A stretch of DNA of 64,000 nucleotides from Podarcis muralis (Eukaryota), in assembly GCF_964188315.1 (NCBI RefSeq), contig NC_135669.1:16244001-16308000 (forward strand). Direction: 5' to 3'. Both the position numbers and the translations under genes were made by a program. A model generated the notes under the pieces. That model was not told where the DNA came from, made no database searches, and worked only from the letters and a program-made list of their open reading frames with translations. Below, piece by piece: positions 13,055 through 25,000 of the stretch (positions are counted from its first letter, which is position 1; every line of letters begins with the position of its first letter).

Positions 13055-13890
13055 GATACCAGCTGAGTTTCCCTGAAGAGAGCATTTCACAAAGAGGGAG
13101 CCACCACTGAAAAGGCCTGTTCTCATGTTGCCACCCTCTGGAACTCCCATGAAGTAGGCTCATGGAGAAGGGTCTCAGGTGACATTTGCAGGATCTGGGT
13201 TGGTTCATGTGGGGAGAGGCAGTCCTTGAGATATTGGTGTCCTAAGCCACATAAGGCTTTATAGCCCAAAGCCAACACTTTGAACTGGGCCTAGAAATTA
13301 TTTGGTAGCAAGTACAATCAGGTCTGTTGTCTTTGTCCATGGAGTTTTCTTGGCAGGGATACTGGAGTGGCTTGCCGGTTCCTCCTCCAGGTGGATCACG
13401 TTTGGTCAAAACTCTCCACTATGACCTGTTAAATTAGTGCAACATTGTTTTGCTGGAGGAGACTCCTGAGAATCCCATGAACTGCAAGAAGATCAAACCT
13501 ATCCATTCTTAAGGAAATTAGCCCTGAGTGCTCATTGGAAGGACAGATTGTGAAGCTGAGGCTCCAATACTTTGGCCACCTCATGAGAAGAGAAGACTCC
13601 CTGGAAAAGACCCTGATGTTGGGAAAGATGGAGGGCACAAGGAGAAGGGGACAACAGAGGACGAGATGGTTGGATAGTGTTCTCGAAGCTAACAGCATGA
13701 GTTTGACCAAACTGCGGGAGGCAGTGGAAGACAGAAGTGCCTGGCGTGCTCCGGTCCATGGGGTCACGAAGAGTTGGGCACGACTAAACAACTAAACAAC
13801 AACAATCAGGTCTGGATTAGTGTTATGTGCTCAACCTGTCTTGCCCTGTTGAGCAACCTAGCTGCTGAATTCTGCACTAGCTCTATGTAG
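13055..13890 (-). mobile_element. Old L2 fragment interrupted by the BovB insertion
   Basis: Degenerate L2 ORF2-like sequence on both sides of the BovB TSD. Boundaries approximate. Confidence 0.55.
13327..13801 (+). mobile_element. RTE-BovB insertion: 3' end (13451-13801, +) preceded by an inverted piece (13327-13429)
   Basis: RT C-terminus KLRLQYFGHLMRREDSLEKTLMLGK..., tail CTAAACAACAACAA and 13-bp TSD acaatcaggtctg (13314-13326 / 13802-13814). Confidence 0.88.
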
Positions 13891-14286
13891 CCCTATGTTG
13901 CACTAATTCAACATAGAGATTACCAGAGCATTGACAACAGACGTTAGGCTGTGTTTGTCCTGTCCAGAATTAGGAAACACCATGGTGAATACATACTGTC
14001 TAGGGTTGCATCTACACAGCTATAAAAAAAAACCTCTGAAAATGCTCTGGGGGAAAAGCCATTTTAAAGCCCACAATGGAAAATTTCAGAGAGTTCCAAT
14101 TTCAGCTCTACAGCGACATCTGGTGCCACAGTTTTATAATGCTTTATAACGTTTTATTTTTACTAATGTAGCTGAGTCCTAGGACTCATTCCAATTCAAA
14201 TCTAAGGGGGAACCACTAACTGACATTGAATTTTAACTTCCATTAAGAACTGTTTGATGTTGATAATTCGTTACAGATTAGCAACA

Positions 14287-14289
<3 letters not shown>

Positions 14290-14319
<30 letters not shown>
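14290..14319. repeat. (GT)n microsatellite
   Basis: Direct reading. Confidence 0.95.
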
Positions 14320-14321
<2 letters not shown>

Positions 14322-15492
14322 CCATATAGATATATATAGTCATATATATTCGTGTGTGTGTGTAATGCAAACTTTGTAGGATTTTTTGTTTAAATGTGAT
14401 TAACAATTAAACTCCTCATTAGTATAATAAATGACAGCAACCCCCCCCCCCCATGGACAAGCCCGCCCCAATCTCCTCTGAAGTTCCACTTGCACATAAC
14501 AATGTTGGCTGCATAATGGCAACAAAATATGGAAAATTTCCTGAATTCGTGCTAAACTTCTCAGTATCATTCCAATGTTAACATACGAACTGACGAAGCA
14601 AGCAAATATTTTATGCTTCTGTAAGGTGCATTGAGTGGTTTTTGAGAAAGGCAACCCGGTTAAACAACAGAAATAACAACAATCCCGCCAGACAACTAGT
14701 CTCTGCTTGCTCTGTGATTGCATAAGGTGACAAGCAGAGGCTAATCTCCAATCTTATCATTGTGGGAGTACAAGCTAAGATCAAAGCTAAGGCTCTGCCT
14801 GCTCCTGGCTTGAACTTTGAGCCACCTGGCATCAGAAGATATGGGGTGACTGACTAGTGGGCGCCCCCTCTAACCTGCTAAGAATGACCCACAGAGTTCT
14901 CAGGTTGAAAAATGTCCCCAGCCCCCCTGCATTAAACCAGTGCTGCCTGGGGAAGCAAGAGACATGTCTCTTGCTTTATCTAAATGCTTTTCATTTTGGG
15001 CAGTGCTGGATGCTGGTGGAAAGGGGAGGCTTCCATTTTCAGGGTGATGGCAAGGAAGGAGTCACTCTGTGGCACTCAATAAACTTCAGCCAAGGACTTT
15101 CTCTCTTATACATCTGAAGGAGGGAGAAACAGAGAAGGGTGGGTTTCATGTTTCAAAGAAACTTGATAGTTGCTCGACAGGAACTTGACCTGGCTGCTTT
15201 TAAGGTAAAGCTCTCCAGCGCTGTCAAGGCATTGCCTTTCCACAAATTAAAACAGATCAGAGGCCCCAGCTGGAACAGATGGCGGGGAGGGGGCTGGGAA
15301 AGAGCCAGCCACATGTGACCAGGGCAATGGCCGAAGGAGCCCTCGCAGCGATAGGGCTGGGAGTGATGACAGGGGTGATGACAGGCCCAAAGGGAGCCGA
15401 AGGAAAGGCATCCAGGCTTCAGCCAGATCACTTTGGTAACACTCGTAGGGACCATGTAGACCACCGTGGGAAGCCTCACTACCTTGCCAATC

Positions 15493-16018
15493 TGTAGTTG
15501 TGAGTCGAGGACCATCCACCCGCATAGGATTATAATAAGACACACAGACACATTATTTTTGGTTAATGGGCAAAATTAGGCCACAACTTTTATTGGTTAC
15601 AGCATGTGAGTAGTATTGGCTTAGGCGTTGGATGAAACAGCAATACAAGACTCCACCCCACACAGCCGGGAGTCATATCAGGGTTAACAACCAATGGGAG
15701 GAGCTTGTTGATGCAAATACAACTGGAAGCTCCCCCATGACGTCACCGGAGGTCCTGCCATGGCCCTAGCCACTAGCAGGCATCGGACAAGATCCACGAC
15801 CGCTGGATTCCTTTAACGGAATACCCAAAAGAGGAGGGGTAGATGATGGCGCAATGGGGCTTCATGGGTCCATCAACACTAAAAGCCTTTCAGAACCCCC
15901 ATGTCCTCAAACCAGTAACCCTCTAAGAAACAGATGCTGGAGACAAAATCAGGGGGTTTGTTGTCTGCCTGCCCTGACCTCCCATCATTCCTTTTCCTTT
16001 TTCCTTTCTTTCTTACCA
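15493..16018 (-). mobile_element. Probable solo LTR of another family
   Basis: TG/CA-compatible ends, minus-strand AATAAA near 15589, CRE TGACGTCA at 15738-15745 and octamer ATGCAAAT at 15711-15718. No TSD found. Confidence 0.4.
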
Positions 16019-16089
16019 TATAATATCTGGTTTTTTAAATTTTTTAAATAAATCATATATTTTAACTATAATTGCATGTACAAGTAGCC

Positions 16090-16410
16090 CTTTTTTCTTT
16101 TTGAAATCATTTTTATTTTATAACAATCCAAATGCATATCCATATACAGAGATTACGCTGAATCTCAAGATTTCCCCCCATCCCCTTCATGGGTCCAACT
16201 GTCAACATTTACAGCTGCATATTATTCCATAGTCTATATTTTATATCAATCCATATGGTCCATGATGTTTGTCACACATTACATTAGTGAGATTAAAATC
16301 CTGCTAAAGTTTTCATCTGCTTGCAGTGCTCTCTTAAATACAATATAATTTTTCCCCATTTTTAAAAAAAGTTTTTGACCTCATGGTTCCTATAAAAGAC
16401 TTCTTCCAAG
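16090..16410 (-). mobile_element. L1 3' fragment
   Basis: T-rich tail plus degenerate ORF2 end on the minus strand. Boundaries approximate. Confidence 0.5.
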
Positions 16411-16581
16411 CCTAACAGATGCACCAGGAAGCATTTGGGGGGAAGGAGGGGGTGTAGTTGGGGAAAGTGTTAACCCCCCCATGCCTTACAACCCCCCTTC
16501 CCCCATTTCAAAGCAATGCCCTGTTGCTGGAATTGGTAGAGCCTGTATGCGTATGTGTGCATCTTATGGGCGCATGTATGG

Positions 16582-17379
16582 CAAGGTTACCAGATTTTTT
16601 TCAATGAATCCAGGGATACTTTAAATAAATAAAAAAATAAATACTACACTTTTGGGACGTTGATGCTGCAGCGATGGCGGTTGCAGATGGCTGCCGCCTT
16701 GACCTCAACCGCCACGTTTCCCCTTCTTCCGAGGCTTCTATCTCCTTTCTCCATGAGCCTGGGCAGCCTGAGTTGTTGGTTCTTCAGTGGTGGTGGTGGG
16801 GGGGAAGTGGTGCAGGGTGGGTCAGGCATGGAAGGCGGAGAAGGAGGGCCGAGAGCGGTGGCGGCGGCGAGGCTCGGGCAGCACGATGCCTCCCTTCCCA
16901 TCAGAGCAGCCCCAATCCCATTCCTACTTGTGTGCAAACAGAAGGGGGCGGAGAGCCCTAAGCTGGGGAGGCTTCCCATTGCCTAACTGAGAGATCCCTA
17001 CCCCCTCCTGCTTGCACGCATTGAAGCCTCCCTTCACAGCTGAGAGATCCCCGCCCCGCTCCTGTCTGCACACAAGTAGGAGTTGGGAGGCTGCTCCGAT
17101 AGGCAGCACGAAGCCTCCCTTCACAGCTTAGTTGCTGGGGTCAGGGAAGGTGGAGGCAGCCCGGAAGCTGCATCTTAGAGTCCCTGCACCATCATCATAT
17201 GGGGACTTCCGAGCAGCTCCTGAAGCCAGCCAGAGCCAACTGCTCCAGGCTGCTGAGATTGCCGCTGCTGCGTTTCCCAGGGACATTAGATGAAATCCGG
17301 GGACATTCCGGGGATAGAATTTGTCCAGGGACTTATTCGCAAATTCAGGGACTGTCCCCGGGGAACCCTGGTAACCCTA
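16582..17379. mobile_element. Non-autonomous hAT-type DNA transposon (798 bp)
   Basis: TIRs (c)aaggttaccag / ctggtaacccta, perfect 8-bp TSD ATGTATGG on both sides, and subterminal ggggaca repeats. Confidence 0.8.
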
Positions 17380-17685
17380 ATGTATGGGCTGCAGCTCAGT
17401 GGTAGAACCTCTGTTTGCTTGCAGAAGGTCCTAAGAAGAGCCTGCTGGATCGGGCCAAAGGGGTCCTGTGTTATCCAGGATCTTGCTCTCCCAGAGGACA
17501 CCCACATGCCTCTTATGGGAAGCCAGCAAGCAGGACCCAAATGCAATTGCATTCCCCACTTCTGATTCCCAGCAAATGGCAATCAGAAGTCTACTGCCTC
17601 TGTGAGAGGCATACTCTCAAGTTCAACTCCTTGCAGCACCAGGGAGAAAATTTAGCAGCTGCCAATCAGCATAGACATTACTGTG

Positions 17686-17686
<1 letters not shown>

Positions 17687-17721
<35 letters not shown>

Positions 17722-17751
17722 GCATGCATGCATGCATGCATGCATGCATGC
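17687..17751. repeat. Compound tetranucleotide microsatellite (GATT)n-(TGCA)n
   Basis: Direct reading. Confidence 0.95.
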
Positions 17752-17851
17752 TAGCTTTGGCCCTGTCCACTTTGGGCAAAGCCCTTTTCTTTCAACAGCT
17801 TGCCTGCTGGCCAGAACAAAAAAGACCATTAGACAGGGTTGGTAAAAGATA

Positions 17852-17857
17852 TTTATT
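17852..17857 (-). promoter_or_regulatory. Candidate poly(A) signal of MPZL3
   Basis: AATAAA on the minus strand about 1.2 kb past the MPZL3 stop. Confidence 0.45.
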
Positions 17858-18057
17858 GGCTACAGGAGAGATGGGAATCCTCCTCCCCCAGCCCCTATCC
17901 ATAGAAAGGCCCCACTGAGGAATAAATGTCTGTGAAAGAGGAGGAGACAATGCACATATTGGCATCTGCACAGACACAAGCAGCAATTCTGGAGAGGAAA
18001 GTCAGGCTGACAAAGAGGAAATTCTTCTGTAAGTAAACGCGGAACAGTCCTCTAGAG

Positions 18058-18148
18058 CAGGGGCTCCCAACCGGTGGCCCACAGACCCCAGTGAGGCAGT
18101 GTAACCCACCCAGCGGGTCCACGGTACTTAGCTAATTGGGAACCACTG
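18058..18148. mobile_element. hAT MITE
   Basis: TIRs caggggctcccaa / ttgggaaccactg and 8-bp TSD CTCTAGAG. Confidence 0.75.
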
Positions 18149-19078
18149 CTCTAGAGTCTTGTCCCAGGGCCTCCCAAATGCCCATACCTTTGGGAGACAT
18201 CCTGAGGTGTGCATGGATCTCCAAATGAAGGCTCTTCTTACATTTTAGCTCCAAGTTGCTTGAACCTAGGAACGTAATACCAGCCCCAGGCACAAGACCA
18301 GCCGCCACACTTGGCTTTCATTACAAGGAAGCCCAGTCCCCCCACCATTACCTGCTCTGGCTCCACTACCTACGGCCAGCTTGGCTTTGAACCAGCAGCC
18401 AAGGGCAGCAGCCAAAGGAGAAGATCACACAGTGGCCCTTCTCTCTCCCTGGAAAGAAAAGCACAGTGAACCTCTCTGGTACCTTGAGCCATGGAATACC
18501 TGCCCAACTCTCTCCAAGCCACTGCAGGCGCTAACATCTGCCTGCTTCAGACATAGCCCAGCCCTTTCTCTACGTCAGTGGTAACTGGCCACCAGACACA
18601 AGGTGCCCACACCATTTCCAAGCATTTTGTTCTTGCTGTTGCTGCTGTTGTGGGAGTTGGAAATAGACAGGAGGTTTGTGCAAAAATATGGCAAGGAGGA
18701 GGACCACCAAGTAATACCTTCATGAGTCAAGTGCTAAAGGGTGGCTGAGTTCAACGCAGTGTGTGGAGAAGCAGCAGCTCAAGAGTGTCAATCAGCACAG
18801 GTCATCTTACCCAGAACCCAACAGTCCAAACAGACAGCTGTAATCCCCACAGGCTGCATTCTCCATCCAGAGAAACAGGGCAAGAGCCACACCAACCAAT
18901 GAGAAGCTGTAACATCTTGATGATCCGCAACATGAGGTAGAACCTGATCCCACACACACCATCAGAGCCCCCCTGACACCATGAAGTCCAGCGCCAAAGT
19001 TCCATTCATTGAAGAATCACTGGGATGTATCCTGCTGGCCTTCAGATGACATTCAGAAAAAATACCTTTGTCCTCAAG

Positions 19079-22000
19079 TCAGTAGGGATCCTCATCATCT
19101 GAATCCTGAACAGAATGCAAGAAGAAAAGGTCAAGCAACAGAGCCAACAAGACCCCTCCAAATGCCTCACCTGGTAGAAATTTACTGCTGGGGAAATGAG
19201 TTGGAGGATTTTGTGCTAAGCAACTCACTGAACCCAGATCTGGAAATGTCTGCAAGGAAGCTCAGTTAGATTCTGCCCCTCTCTTCTCTCTCACACAGGC
19301 CCAGCAGGCCAGAGTGTACACCCTGGTCTTCTTCAGAAACCTCCATATGAGGATGAGACCACTATGGGAAATGGACTGAGACACAATACTAGATTCATGG
19401 ACCAGGGCACACACTTGCAATGCCACTTCCTTGCGTAACCAACAGAATCCTTCAACTCAGTCTTATTTTGTACTCTTGCTGACAACCTCCTTGTATACTC
19501 TGGCTGAACACCAGCACAGAGACTCTAAATTCACCAGCAGCTCAGGCCCAAGAACCTACAGTTTGCATGTGCAATTGTGGACTTCACAACATTATCACAT
19601 AGTAAAATGTCCACGTGCCAACCACACAAACATCCATGTTCAGAAACAAAAGGGACAGACAACTCTCCCACCCATCCAATGCTTGGTCTTTGCTTCATTG
19701 GCAAACAGGGCTGGCCCAAAAAGACATTTTGCTACCTGTGGTGGAACAGTAAATGTCTCCTCCCCCAGGTCAAGGTACATAGAGCAAGTCATTTTGGCAC
19801 CTGAATGAGAAAAACCTGAAAGGGCCTCTCTCTGGGACTAAAAATATAATAATGGATTAAATCGCTGGCCATTTGTTACCCTTTCACAAGACCCTAAACC
19901 AGGGTTTCCCAACCCTGGGTCTCCAGCTGTTTTTAGACTACAACTCCCATCATCCCAGTGGTCAGGGATGATACAAAATGTAGTCCAAAAGCAGCTGGAG
20001 AACCAAGTTTGGGAAGCCCTGCCCTAAATCATTTGCCTCAGGCAGCTGCTTCACTCAAGCCTAACGACCAGCCCTATGAAAGGGTGGGAGAGTACTTCAG
20101 ATGAAGCTGTAGTATACCCCCACCCTGGACGCCAGCTGCAACAGGAAATGGTGCTCACCTGGCTCTCCTATCCCCCTTGCAGCCCCTGCCCAAAATGGTA
20201 CACCTGCTAGCAATGGCAGGAGGGAAAGAGAGGTTCTCCAGGGCCAGATGACTAGCATGCCTCCACCCTACCTCTCATGACTGAAGGGCAAATGGAAACA
20301 ATGGGTGGTATCTGAGAGTGGGTTTGTTCCTATGCCCCCCAACCCACTCCCCCAGGCCAGCCCTGTTCACAAACGGCTCCACCCTTCTGACACCTACAGC
20401 GGCAAAGGCAGAAGACTTCAATCTTGGCCTCTGAATTGGCTCAGGCATGAATGGGAATTTGATGGCAGGCCCAAGATGCTTTGCCCTCCCTGCTATCTTG
20501 CCAGCGTCAAACTGGCTGTGTGCAAGAATGGGACTATTGCTTACCAGACATCGCAGACACCAGGTGGCCAGCCTCTCCTTGCACTTAGGTCGCTCAGGTC
20601 TACAGGAAGAGCACAGAGGTGAGTCCAGCATGTGTCTCCTTTGCCTGCCTGGCACCCACCCCCCTCAAAACCCCCAGGGCAGTCAGTTGCACACCTGTGC
20701 CAGCCAGCTTGCTCTACCTCTGCCCATCCCCTCCAAAAGAAACCCAGTTATCCTGACAAGCAGCTCCTCACTGGTGAGGCTTGACCAGACTCGCCCTACC
20801 CTGCCCCCTGCATCTGCCACAAAGCTTCCATGGGGTTGCTGTTCACAGAATTGTGGAGTTGGAAGGGACCTCCAAAGCCATCTAGTTCAACCCTCTGCAA
20901 TGCAGGAATCACAGTTAAAGAATCCCTGACAGGAGGCCACCCAACCTCTGTTTAAAAACCTCCAATGAAGGTGAGTCCACCACTACCTGCTTCTCAGGTG
21001 GATCAACAGCCGCAGACCACCAGGCTCCCAATATTTATGCAGGAGCTGGCAGTAGGTGGGACATGCCTTTGAGGCAACAGGTGCAGTGGAGTGTCAATCA
21101 TCAAAACGCCTGCTGATGCCCTATGGAGAGTTCACAGTCTGAATCAGCTGCTCCACAATAACCACATATTCTGCTCATTATATTCCCCTTGGTCTGAGAT
21201 CATGGGCATGGTGAGGGTTGTATGGGGTGGTGTCATTAATCTCCATTAAGTGACCTTGAGTATAAGCCCTGGGAGCCCAACAAGAACCCTCAGGGCAGCC
21301 ATCCCCATCCCAAACGCTACATCCTGGTTCTCCCTGGTTAAGCATAGAACACAAAGTGCTCACTCTTCAGAGACTTCGATGGAGGACTTCTTGTAGCTGC
21401 ACTTCTTCTTGCTCTTCAGCACCCCGAGCTTCTTGCCCATTCGAACCAGGAGCAAGGCCACCACAATGGCAGAGGGGAGGAAGACCAGGATGGAGAGAAG
21501 CCCAGCTGACGTCAGCTGGAAGGAGGCCCCTGGAGAAAGAGGCAGGAATCAGGCCACAGGCACACCAGAAGGGCAGGCTGGGCCTCTGGGGAACAGAGGC
21601 TCCAAGGGGAACACCCAAGATCAAACCACAACTGAGTTTCCAACCCACGTGAGAAAAGAAGGCAAAACGCTGGATTAAGGAGGCGTCACAGCCAGTCCCC
21701 AGAACAGAAGATGGGAGGTAAGCACATACCATGCTAATCCCTGGCCAATGCACAAATGCTAACTGAGTCTTCCCATCAGGGTTTGAATTTTTCAGCAGAA
21801 ACATGGTGAAACATGAAAGCTTAACTAGGGATTTCCGCAGCAGACTCATTTTTGTGACTGGAACAAATCCATCAGCTTATTAAAGCTTAATAGTATTAAG
21901 GAATTTAAGGAAAAGAAAGTAACTTACAGAAAATAAAGCAAATTGCTTATGATGAAAATTAAAGCAGGAATACAATATAAACTGAATAAACTTATGAATG

Positions 22001-25000
22001 TTTTATACAGTGGACCCTCTGGATATGAATTTAATTCATTCCAGGGGTCTGTGCGCATCCCAAAAATTTCATAAGCAGAGACGCTGCTTCTGCGCACACG
22101 CAAGGCGTACAGAGCACTTCTGCGCATGCGCGGTGAAACTTTCAGGTTTGCCACGTTCGCAACCCAAAAGTTATGTTACCTGAAGGTAACGTAATCCAAG
22201 GGTCCACTGTAATTAGCATGAACTAATTGCAAATACCAATTGTAGAACTGAGAAAGAATCAAGAGAAACACAGACTCTGAACTTCTATACGTCATTAAAG
22301 TTCTTTGTTTTAGGCATGTTGCTTTTGTTTTGAGTTATTTGTTTCTTGGTCACATCAGGCCATTCTTCTTCAGCAATGGGCACTTGACACCAGTCCAAAT
22401 AAAAGTGAGGTGGCTGTCTATGTCCTTAGCCATGGTTCTACATTAAAATAAGAACGACTCAAAATAAACTTTTGGTTCTGTAGGCCTGGCAGGCTTTTGC
22501 AATCTCCAAAAGGGGGAAAGGGAAGAGACACCCCAAAGAACTTGCCTCTCTCCATGGCAAAAAAACAGGTCCTACTTGCAGGCTCACACAGATACAGTGA
22601 GTGAGCCCCACCCATTCTCTTTTCACTTTGTACTCACCAGCCTCTGGGGACTAAGACAGGAAGTGAGCAGATCTGACGCTCAACCCTAGCAGCCCCCAGG
22701 GTAGAATGAGGGCCTGTCTTCCCATTCTCCTGAAATAGTGCATGCTAGAAAATGCAACTGGTGGAGGATGGCAGAGGGGAGATGGCACTAAGAGGCTGGG
22801 ATTTTCAGGAAACAGCAACAGGGTTTTAATGCTCTTGACAGGAAAGGCTTGGGAGAGGCGGGGAGGCAGAACCACCATGGCCACAGGGACTAGAAACATT
22901 GCTTTACCTCTCTGAGTGACAGTCAGCATAGTCTGGGGGATGTTATGCTGCACATCAGGGGGATTTTTCACAGCGCAGGTGAACGTCCCATTGTCGTCCA
23001 TCGTTGGGTTGTTGATCCTAATGGAAGCATCCCGCTTGGCCACATTTCCAACCCAGGATACCCGATCACGGAAGGTGCCCTTCTTAGCTGGATAGGCATC
23101 TGACTGGTAGTGGAAGATCTAGAGGAGTTAAGAGATGGTGAGCACTGACAGCCGCACGGATGCTACTAGCCCAGAGATGGAAAAAAGACAAAGTCCCTAC
23201 CAGAGAAGAATGGCAAGCTAAGCTGTTGGGCTGTGCCGAAATGGCAAAACTGACTGGAAAGCTCAGGAACCACAAAGACCAAAACTTTAATAAAGAATGG
23301 GGGGGAAATATAATTTGTCTGGGAGACCACTGTAAGCAGATGAAAACATTATCAGGATTGCAATAACACTTGTAATGTAGCAGATACTATGGACAATATG
23401 GAATGATATAAAATATAATAAATTAATAAAAATTAAAATTAAAATTAATTCATTATTTATGCCCCGTCCATCTGGGTGGATTCCAACAAAATATTAAAAT
23501 ACAGTAGTCTGTTAAACATTAAAAGCTTCCCTAAAGAGGGCTGCCTTCATATGTCTTCTATAAGTCTGGTAGTTGTTCTTCTCTTTGACATCTGGTGGGA
23601 GGGCGTTTTACGGGACGGGTGCCACTACCGAGAAGGCCCTCTGCCTGGTTCCCTGTAACTGCCTGGTTCCCTCAATTATGCAACAACATGCAGTCGAAAA
23701 GCTTGACAGTTGGACCCATGGAGGGGAAGGTGGGAAGTCCAGAGATTCGGAGAAGTCTCTAAATATGGATATGTATTTTGTATTGTTATAATTCTGCACT
23801 TGTAAAATCAAATAAAAATTATTATTTTTAAAAAAATATAGAGATGGTGAGCATCATGTCCCATGACAGCCAAGAGCCAATGGCTCAAGGCCTTTCATGA
23901 GCCAATCTCACTGCAGCAACATTCCAGCAAGGTAGGCTCATGCTTCTGCAGGAAGGATGATGATCTCAGGGATACTGAAAGCCATTCAACTGGCACCCCC
24001 AGAGCAGCAGGATAAAGACTCTGCTGCACACATGCCACCATATACACCTTGTGCACCAGTGGCATCCACCACAGCAGAAGTGGCAAGCAGGTGTGCCACT
24101 CTGCCAAGAGCCAGCGGGCAGACAGTGAAAGCACCACTCACCGGCTCCAAACTGCCCCCTGCAAGAGGTCGGTATGTCCAATCGATGGTGAGCTTCTCTG
24201 TGACTGGGAAGGAGGACTTGAACCAGCACTTCAAGATCACAGCCTCACCCACAAAGGCCTGGACGTCTGAGTCAGCCTGGATCTCCAGGGAGTGGACTCT
24301 GGCAAGGGCTGCTGCAAAATATAACCCCGAGAGATGGGTTAGTCACCTGAGACCTGAGCAAGAGCGCAGAGGTGTTGACAGGAAGAGTTCCTGCTGCTCC
24401 CTCTTCTGCCAGACCCACTCTGCAGGAAGTGCTTAGCTCAGCAAAGGAACCGCCCACCGTTTTTTCCCTTGGCCAGGCAGAGATCAGGAACTCAACAGAA
24501 CCAGCCACAAAGGACTCCCAAAAACAGCACCTTCTGGTGCTCTGCAGCCTCCAGACATAGCAACTACCAGCAGGTGGCGAGAAGGGGCCCCATCATTAGA
24601 CAAAAGGAAGAAACTGCCTTGAGCGGATGACAAGGGGGAGCAGTAGCAATGTCTTGGAAGGATGGTGCTGTGCCCCCCATGGTCTCCCCACCCCCCAAGA
24701 TAGGCTGCAGTGCTCTGGAAGTGGAGGTTATTCTTTGCCTATGGCAGCACAATGTCTAACACCAGCCCCAGAGGCAGGGACCTAAACATTTAGTCTGGGG
24801 TGGGGAGGATTGGGGTGGGTTCCATTAGAAGTGCCAGTCTCAGTGCTTCCACCTCAGAGGGAAATTCCCATTTTCTTTCTTGTTGGGACAGATTTTTATT
24901 TTTCACTGTATCCAACGCTGCAGATCTAATTTTATTCAGTGGGTCACTCGTTTCAGTGGGTCTACTCGGAGTAAGAAAAGCACTCGGTACAACCCATCAG

